Below are positions 38,642-44,820 of a stretch of DNA of 46,463 nucleotides, in pieces; position 1 is the first letter of the stretch; every line of letters begins with the position of its first letter. The stretch is from Candidatus Poribacteria bacterium. GTDB lineage: Bacteria > Poribacteria > WGA-4E > PCPOR2b. The notes below the pieces were generated by a model. The model ran no database searches. It was not told where the DNA came from and saw nothing but the letters and a program-made list of their open reading frames with translations. A program made the position numbers and the translations under genes. Location: the NCBI GenBank assembly GCA_047517405.1, contig JAKZSX010000302.1:1-46463 (forward strand). Reading direction: 5' to 3'.

Positions 38642-39252
38642 ACTGCTTAAAAGCTGAAGAACAGTTTTCCGCGTATATAGAAGATGAATTAGATTATCAG
38701 GCGGTTAGGGCATTTGAAGACCATTTGAGTACCTGTCATGCGTGTCGTCGAGAGTTTACCCTATTCCGTGAATCACTCAATTTGCTGCATCAGTTGCCAC
38801 AGATTGAACCATCGAGGGAATTCGATATCGCCTTACAAGTCCGCCTTGCGGATACCCCGATCGAATCAATCCCGTTTTGGCAACGTGTGTTGCGTCCCTT
38901 ATACGGTCAAACCGGTTTGGCATTGAGTGGGATCACAGTGCTGCTTGTCATGATCGCAGGTGTTTATTTTTATCAAAAAACGCTGATCAAACCGCCGTCG
39001 GTTGAAATCGTTGCAGCACCAGAGCCGTCAAGGCGTGTACCGCTTGCTGAGGAGCGTAGGGTCGAATGGCAGGGGCAGCAACTTCCTTTAGCTATACCCA
39101 GCCGAGAGCTGCAGTCCCTAGTTAATTTCCCAGAATCGCCGACATTTAATCTGCAACCGCGGCGTAGAAGTCAACAACCACAACGGCTAGAACAGAACTA
39201 TATTTTGCAGACGGTTAACTACACAGAAGCCCCTACAGGTGGAGGCTTGTAA
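38638..39252 (+). CDS. Anti-sigma factor, zf-HC2 type, single-pass membrane protein
   Basis: 'HLSTCHACRREF' zinc-finger motif and a central TM helix (LALSGITVLLVMIAGVYFY). The start overlaps the sigma stop (ATGA). Confidence 0.8.
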   Translation: MNCLKAEEQFSAYIEDELDYQAVRAFEDHLSTCHACRREFTLFRESLNLLHQLPQIEPSREFDIALQVRLADTPIESIPFWQRVLRPLYGQTGLALSGITVLLVMIAGVYFYQKTLIKPPSVEIVAAPEPSRRVPLAEERRVEWQGQQLPLAIPSRELQSLVNFPESPTFNLQPRRRSQQPQRLEQNYILQTVNYTEAPTGGGL

Positions 39253-39253
39253 A

Positions 39254-40441
39254 ATGTCCAAAACAATTCAGATACAAAATAAGAGATGCAACGCGCCTGT
39301 CAACGGCTACTCAATTCACCTCTATCATAAGTCACTCGTCCTCGCTATCGCGTTGTTTTTAACTTGTCTCCGCTCTACGATTGCCGAAGAAAGTGTGCTA
39401 CAATCCATGGAGCGTGAGTTTCAGGCCATAGTAAAATCTGTGCAACCATCTGTCGTTGAGGTTGTAGCAACGTGCACAGTTACCGCCCAAAAAATTTCAG
39501 GGAGACAGGGAGCATCGCTAGCTGACGATTCAGAGACAGTCTTCTGCTACCAGAACATCGGATCCGGCATTATCATTGATTCCGCCGGACACATTGTAAC
39601 TACCGCAGGGGTCGTTGAAAATGCAGATGGAATTGAAGTCGTATTTGCAAATGGGGACCGCACACCGGGAACACTCCTCGGCGTTGATGCCCTAACGGAT
39701 ATCGCTGTCCTCTCTGTTGAGAGCGATAATCTGCCCCAGACGAGAATTGGCGACTCTAATCAGATCGATACGGGAGCGTGGGTCATCACCGTCGCTAGCT
39801 CTTATGGACATTCTCCAACGATCTCCTTTGGGACGGTCAGCGGCTTAGAGATTTTACCCACACGACCATTTTACGATGCAATCCGAATCAATGCCTCTGT
39901 CAATCCGGGCAATAGTGGAGGTGCTGTTGTCAATACGTCAGGGGAGATCGTTGGTGTCATCGCAGCGAAGCTGGAAGATCCGTATCTCAAACAGATATCG
40001 CATCTGCTCGATTTAACGTTTCCAGAATTGTCCCAAGGACAAGCCGCGGTGTTAAGAGCCGGAATCCCTCTCGGACCGGCCTGGACCAGAAGCGAAATAG
40101 GCTTTGCCATTCCAATTAACACAGTCAAACATATCGCCGAACAACTGACTCAATACGGTAAAGTCCCTCGCGGTTGGCTTGGAGTTCGGCTTGAACAGGA
40201 ACGTGAACGAACCACTGCTGTTGGGGTCCGTGTTACAGAAGTTTCACAAGGTAGCCCTGCTCATAAGTCCGGCATCAAACACCAAGACGTTATCGTTGAA
40301 TTTAAAGGGAAACCTGTTCGTACATTCCTTGAACTCAAAAAACGGGTTGCAAGTTCCCCACCCAATACTCGTGCTGCCATTAAAATTTACCGAGATGGAC
40401 AATTCCTTCTGCGCGAAGTCGTGCTTGGAAACAGAGAGTAG
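39254..40441 (+). CDS. HtrA/DegP/DegS-like trypsin-fold serine protease with one PDZ domain
   Basis: Catalytic 'NPGNSGGAVVN', His/Asp regions ('GSGIIIDSAGHIVTTAGV', 'DALTDIAVL'), and PDZ 'GVRVTEVSQGSPAHKSGIKHQDVIVEFKGKPV'. ATG 39254 (GGAGG 8 nt upstream) is preferred over 39239. Confidence 0.9.
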   Translation: MSKTIQIQNKRCNAPVNGYSIHLYHKSLVLAIALFLTCLRSTIAEESVLQSMEREFQAIVKSVQPSVVEVVATCTVTAQKISGRQGASLADDSETVFCYQNIGSGIIIDSAGHIVTTAGVVENADGIEVVFANGDRTPGTLLGVDALTDIAVLSVESDNLPQTRIGDSNQIDTGAWVITVASSYGHSPTISFGTVSGLEILPTRPFYDAIRINASVNPGNSGGAVVNTSGEIVGVIAAKLEDPYLKQISHLLDLTFPELSQGQAAVLRAGIPLGPAWTRSEIGFAIPINTVKHIAEQLTQYGKVPRGWLGVRLEQERERTTAVGVRVTEVSQGSPAHKSGIKHQDVIVEFKGKPVRTFLELKKRVASSPPNTRAAIKIYRDGQFLLREVVLGNRE

Positions 40442-40549
40442 CAGATTTTCCTTACGTCGTTTCTTGTGCATCTCATTGGTCGCTCGACAACCTTTCAATT
40501 TCCCGCCACCGTTTGATCTTCCTTCTGTTTTATCACTGCATAAATCTCT

Positions 40550-40578
40550 TTGACAATTTTTCAATAATCTGTTATAAT
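40550..40578 (+). promoter_or_regulatory. Consensus sigma70 promoter driving the cobalamin riboswitch leader
   Basis: TTGACA (40550-40555), exactly 17 nt, TATAAT (40573-40578). Both hexamers are perfect. Confidence 0.7.
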
Positions 40579-40630
40579 CAGTAACGCTTCAAACAGAATC
40601 AAAGAAACATTTTAAAACTGCATATTTGTT

Positions 40631-40805
40631 GATTCAGGTGCCGGCAATCAATGAAAATTGCCGGAGAATAGGGAAGCGCGGTGAAAATCCGCCACGGCCC
40701 CGCCACTGTAAAACGACGCAAAACCGTGTCCAAAAAGCCACTATCCCAAATCAGGATGGGAAGGCGGACAATGTGTTGTCGTAAGCCAGGAGACCTACCT
40801 GAATC
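40631..40805 (+). promoter_or_regulatory. Cobalamin (AdoCbl/B12) riboswitch aptamer
   Basis: P1 is GATTCAGGT (40631-40639) / ACCTGAATC (40797-40805). Conserved core elements are 'GGTGCC', 'AATAGGGAAGCGCGGTGAAAATCCGCCACGGCCCCGCCACTGTAA', 'GCCACT...GGGAAGGCG', and the B12 box 'AAGCCAGGAGACCTACC'. Confidence 0.93.
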
Positions 40806-40904
40806 TGATTTCACAGGGTAGCTTTCGCGGGAAGGCTGTGAAACGGGGTTCTTTGCCGATTCATCGTGCTTGAGGATATTATTAGGTGTGAATGGCCAAC
40901 CATA

Positions 40905-40938
40905 CCCCAGCTTTCAGCGTGAAAGCTGGGGTTTTTTT
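40905..40938 (+). terminator. Intrinsic terminator, the likely expression platform of the cobalamin riboswitch
   Basis: An 11-bp perfect stem CCCCAGCTTTC (40905-40915) / GAAAGCTGGGG (40921-40931), a 5-nt loop, then T7 (40932-40938). It lies between the aptamer and the first gene's RBS. Confidence 0.85.
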
Positions 40939-41001
40939 ATTTTTAGGTTGTAAAACCTACAGCTGACACCACTATATCATTGATGAAAGGAAGGTTCAGT
41001 T

Positions 41002-42279
41002 ATGATACGCAGGTTCACATTCACATCTGTACTCACAATTTTAATTTTTGCCGTCCTGAGTGTTTACGCCCAAGAAGACGTGCAAAATCTAGCAATCGTC
41101 GCCAACACTTTGCGGAAACCAGAAGCCGGTATTTCCCCGTCGCTCTCAATTGTCAATCTTGATGAGCCTAATCTCAGAAAGGCGGTCGAGAATGAGATTA
41201 TTCCACTTGGGTTGGTCATACCAAGCGATTTGGAGGTTCAAGGGAATCTCCTCTACGCTCTCAACCAAGAACCAGACCCATTTTTTGATCCGCGCGGTGG
41301 GTCTATCGAAATTATCAATCTGTTGACCCGCTCAAATGTCGGAAGTATCCCAATTGATGCCGATACCACGCCAAAGCAGATTGCCCTTATCCCTCCCTCC
41401 AAAGCATATGTTACCGGCCTATACGGCAATGCAATCCATGTGGTAGATCTGAACCAGAAAAGCGTTGTTAAGCGCATCCCTTGCGGTCCAATGCCCGATG
41501 GAATAACTATTCTTAACGGAAAGGCTTATGTCGCCAATTCGGCGTATGTTAAGGAGCCTGGCACCTGGAACGTCAGCTATGATGATAAGAGCAACGTCAC
41601 AATCATTGATATAGAGACCGACACAGTCTTAAAAACCATACCGATGCCAATAAACACAAACGGTATTGTAAGCGATGGTGAATCTAGGGTGATCGCGGTG
41701 TCAGCCGGTGTTGGCGAGTGGATCGTCCCCGGCGGCATCCCAGGAACCGTTGTGTTTATCGACGCAGTTACCGACGAAATCGAAAAAACAATCGAACTCG
41801 AAGGTAGAGCGGGGGGACCTGATATTGACAGCATGAAGCGCGTCTTTGTCAGTTCAGGTGGATTGCTCGTATACGATCTGTTCAGCGAACAATGGACACA
41901 CGATGCTGACAATCCATTCACAGATTTGGGCGGCGTGGGGGCAATCGATCAGAATGATAACCTCTATATCACAAGGGCGGATTGGACAGGTGGCAGAATG
42001 GACGAGCTATATGTAGTTGCCTCCGATGGGACGCTGCTTAATACCTACGGCATTGGTCCGGGAGGCTCTCTTGTTACTGTTGCACAGGTCCAATCGATAG
42101 GAGTTGTGGCTGCCAATGTGAACCACGATGGGGTGGTCAATATCCTCGATCTGGTTATCGTTGCGAGCAACTTTGGACAAACAGGTGCAAATCTCCAGGG
42201 CGATGTCAATCGGGATGGAATTATTGACGTCTTCGATCTTGTTCGCATTGCGAAGTATTTCGGACAAAATGTCAACTGA
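41002..42279 (+). CDS. Secreted YVTN-type beta-propeller repeat protein with C-terminal dockerin-like domain
   Basis: Signal peptide (FTSVLTILIFAVLSVYAQ). Repeats such as 'AYVTGLYGNAIHVVDLNQKSVVKRIPCGPMPDGI' and 'NVTIIDIETDTVLKTIPMP'. The C-terminus has a duplicated Ca-binding dockerin motif 'NVNHDGVVNILDLVIVASNFGQ' / 'DVNRDGIIDVFDLVRIAKYFGQ'. AAGGAAGG RBS. Confidence 0.85.
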   Translation: MIRRFTFTSVLTILIFAVLSVYAQEDVQNLAIVANTLRKPEAGISPSLSIVNLDEPNLRKAVENEIIPLGLVIPSDLEVQGNLLYALNQEPDPFFDPRGGSIEIINLLTRSNVGSIPIDADTTPKQIALIPPSKAYVTGLYGNAIHVVDLNQKSVVKRIPCGPMPDGITILNGKAYVANSAYVKEPGTWNVSYDDKSNVTIIDIETDTVLKTIPMPINTNGIVSDGESRVIAVSAGVGEWIVPGGIPGTVVFIDAVTDEIEKTIELEGRAGGPDIDSMKRVFVSSGGLLVYDLFSEQWTHDADNPFTDLGGVGAIDQNDNLYITRADWTGGRMDELYVVASDGTLLNTYGIGPGGSLVTVAQVQSIGVVAANVNHDGVVNILDLVIVASNFGQTGANLQGDVNRDGIIDVFDLVRIAKYFGQNVN

Positions 42280-42297
42280 TGGAGATGTACAAAACGT

Positions 42298-42325
42298 GTA
42301 GGGAACGTAGGTCTACGTTCCCTAC
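42298..42325. repeat. Perfect 13-nt-arm palindrome in the intergenic spacer of the riboswitch-controlled operon
   Basis: GTAGGGAACGTAG-gt-CTACGTTCCCTAC. There is no T-run afterwards, so it is not a canonical terminator. Confidence 0.8.
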
Positions 42326-42378
42326 AAAAGTTTACTTCCCGGATCACTTAACCTTTAATCCCTATCCTTCGAGGCACC

Positions 42379-44373
42379 TTGAATCCTCATATCTGTTACG
42401 TCCCACGCCTGCTATTCTTGTCCTGCTGCCTCCTTTATCTCGCTTGTACGCCGAAAACCGGTGAACAATCCCCGATTTCATGGGGAGTCACCTTTTTTCC
42501 GCTCGGTGCAAAAATTGAATTTGACGCTGCGGTTCGGGAGAATGTCCAGAAAGTCACCGCACTTGATTCGGAAGGCAGGTTAGCGGCTCAACTCGATCTC
42601 GGAGGGTATTCGCGCGGTACCGAATCGCTATACTTTCGATGGGAAAAGGGGGATGCTTATCGGTTTGAAGTAATGTTCCAGAACGGTGAATCAGCAGCCC
42701 AAACGGTGCAGGCACCCCAGACCGATCCGCGAGGGACGATTGAGATTGCCATCCCTTACGGCACGATCGAGGTGGAGAAGACCGCTGATGCTAGTGTTGG
42801 TACGCAACCGGCGCCATCTCAGAAGGCATCACTAGTCTTACAAGGTATCGAGATGACCGCAACCGTGCTAATCCGAAATGGTTTGGAGGCACCTGTCAAC
42901 TTTGACGTTGTGCTTCAGGTGCCGGCATCATTTCAGGTGTTGCCGCACCGCCCAGTATGGGATAGTAAGGTGAAGGGAGTTGCTCTGAATCCTGGTGTAA
43001 TCGGAGAAGATATCCTCTCCTACCGCTCATCAGGAAAATTCACAGTCGAATCAGAGGTTTGGTACAGCCAATTGACCTTAAAAATGCCAGATGAACTGCT
43101 CCCCAGTGACACACAGATTCGTGGGCACGTTTTCTTTGAAAATGTGTTGGGAGATCGGTGGGAACGGAGTGTGACCACCCCATTGCGTTCCGCATCTCTC
43201 GATGAGATTGCAGGGCAACTCCGGATTGAGGGCATTACCATGCCGACAGGTCCAAGCGGTGTATCCGATCCGCGCCAACAACCGGACGCGATTTCCTCTC
43301 CGCGTTCCCTCTTGGGAGGATTCGGCAGATGGCTCGGTGCAAAAGCAGCCTCAATGGACCAGTTCGAACCTATCGCATATCAAACAGTGCACATCCACAA
43401 TGGAAGACAGGAGACTATTCACGCGATTGTGGCATCAATGAACCGCGATACAATGGACGGAGAGCCGGTTCCTTTCTTATCTCCCCCGGACGCGGTCAAC
43501 GCCGGCACGAATCGCAGCCTTGCCTTTGTCAGTTTGACGGGAGAAAGCACTACCCCCGTTCCCCTGCCAATCTATTTCAACCCACTGTCCGAATTATATC
43601 GGGATTTCACCGGGGCAGGGCGTTATGAGCGTGCAATCGAAGTGAAAATTTGGGGAAGTGACGCCACGGTTCTACGCGCCACACGACCCCTGCTGATTGT
43701 AACACCTAATTTCCACGCGATGCTTGTTACGGGCATTGTGCTCGTTGTGACAGGACTGGGGATTGCATTGCTACTCTGCTTTCACCAACAACTATTTAGC
43801 TGCTTTTCAACCAAGCAGCTGATCCTTATCTCTCTGTTTGGCACAACGATATTCATTGCCGTCAACGTCCCATCAACCCTGCTGACCAACCTGATCTCTG
43901 CGTTACTCGGTCCCATCTCATCTCTGGTCACCGGCCTCATCAATGAGATGCTATACTACGCCTTGCTGACATCGCTGCTGGTCCTCCTCCCCAAATTCGG
44001 GGTAATCGCCCTAGTTTCCGCGGTCCGGCTCCTGCTGGGAGGCGTCACGCTAGGGTTGCTCACGCCCACTATACTGCTTCACGTTGTAACCGCTGTACTG
44101 CTGCTCGAAGTCGGTTTCCAGATAGCCCGGAAAATTACTTTGGATTCCGGTGCAATTGGAGGCGCGAATCTGCTGATCTTAGCATTCATATTTGGCTTAT
44201 GTGACGCGCTAACTGTCTACGTTGAATTCCAACTGAGCATGACGCTCTACCGTCTGTTCTACGCAGATTGGTATATTCTGACGCGAATCTTAGTCGATGG
44301 TTTTACTTATACATTTATCGGCGTCCTTCTGGGAAAGCGATTAGGTGCGGGGTTGTGGCGGGTTGCAGAATGA
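42379..44373 (+). CDS. Fusion protein of unknown family: lipobox signal, ~430-aa extracytoplasmic domain, and a C-terminal polytopic (~7 TM) membrane domain
   Basis: TTG start with GAGG 4 nt upstream. N-terminal 'LLFLSCCLLYLAC' has a lipobox. A long soluble region follows. From about residue 440 there are consecutive hydrophobic helices ('MLVTGIVLVVTGLGIALLLCF', 'LILISLFGTTIFIAVNV', 'LLTSLLVLLPKFGVIALVSAV', 'ILLHVVTAVLLLEVGF', 'LLILAFIFGLCDALTVYV', 'ILVDGFTYTFIGVLLG'). Confidence 0.8.
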   Translation: MNPHICYVPRLLFLSCCLLYLACTPKTGEQSPISWGVTFFPLGAKIEFDAAVRENVQKVTALDSEGRLAAQLDLGGYSRGTESLYFRWEKGDAYRFEVMFQNGESAAQTVQAPQTDPRGTIEIAIPYGTIEVEKTADASVGTQPAPSQKASLVLQGIEMTATVLIRNGLEAPVNFDVVLQVPASFQVLPHRPVWDSKVKGVALNPGVIGEDILSYRSSGKFTVESEVWYSQLTLKMPDELLPSDTQIRGHVFFENVLGDRWERSVTTPLRSASLDEIAGQLRIEGITMPTGPSGVSDPRQQPDAISSPRSLLGGFGRWLGAKAASMDQFEPIAYQTVHIHNGRQETIHAIVASMNRDTMDGEPVPFLSPPDAVNAGTNRSLAFVSLTGESTTPVPLPIYFNPLSELYRDFTGAGRYERAIEVKIWGSDATVLRATRPLLIVTPNFHAMLVTGIVLVVTGLGIALLLCFHQQLFSCFSTKQLILISLFGTTIFIAVNVPSTLLTNLISALLGPISSLVTGLINEMLYYALLTSLLVLLPKFGVIALVSAVRLLLGGVTLGLLTPTILLHVVTAVLLLEVGFQIARKITLDSGAIGGANLLILAFIFGLCDALTVYVEFQLSMTLYRLFYADWYILTRILVDGFTYTFIGVLLGKRLGAGLWRVAE

Positions 44374-44445
44374 TATCGGGATTTGCTCGATTCCCTCAAT
44401 CGAAACCTCCTTATCGAGAGGAGAATAACCCATGAAAAAGGCTTT

Positions 44446-44473
44446 TTGACTTACCTAATAGTATGGTTAATAT
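44446..44473 (+). promoter_or_regulatory. Candidate sigma70 promoter ahead of the structured leader of the 44821 gene
   Basis: TTGACT (44446-44451), 16-nt spacer, TAATAT (44468-44473). Confidence 0.3.
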
Positions 44474-44516
44474 TTCTATTTTTTCTTGCGAAGCTTACTT
44501 TTCTTGTGCAGTAGTA

Positions 44517-44678
44517 CGTAGGTTGGGTTGAACGAGTCAAACCGAATTGGTATCAATGCCGATAGCGGTTCAGTTTTTCAACAACACTGTATTTGTGAGA
44601 TTTCACGCTGAATGGAGCGTCGTAGTCAAAGAGGAGCGACTTGGTATGTTTTGTGAGTACCGTTCAACCCAACCTACG
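44517..44678. repeat. 162-nt element bounded by a perfect 18-bp inverted repeat (structured RNA or MITE-like element)
   Basis: CGTAGGTTGGGTTGAACG (44517-44534) is the exact reverse complement of CGTTCAACCCAACCTACG (44661-44678). The arms are separated by 126 nt. The element lies in a 447-nt ORF-free spacer. Confidence 0.85.
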
Positions 44679-44820
44679 GTCTGTCTGGTTACGGCATACA
44701 GAGTATACCTACTACTAGTAACTTAGGTTATTTTTATCTGCGAAAATCAGCGAAATCTGCATCCGTATCTACTTTTAGAACTGAAGCACGAAAGTCCTAA
44801 CACTTTTTTGGAGGTCCTGC

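Noticed and set aside
40599-40814. 71-aa minus-strand ORF in the track
   Set aside because: It lies entirely inside the cobalamin riboswitch aptamer and has no RBS. It is an artefact of structured, GC-balanced RNA sequence.
44517-44678. Retron msr/msd or CRISPR/tracr-type interpretation of the inverted-repeat element
   Set aside because: No reverse transcriptase, Cas gene or repeat array exists anywhere in the window, and the flanking genes are exported propeller/membrane proteins. It is kept only as a generic structured-RNA/MITE candidate.
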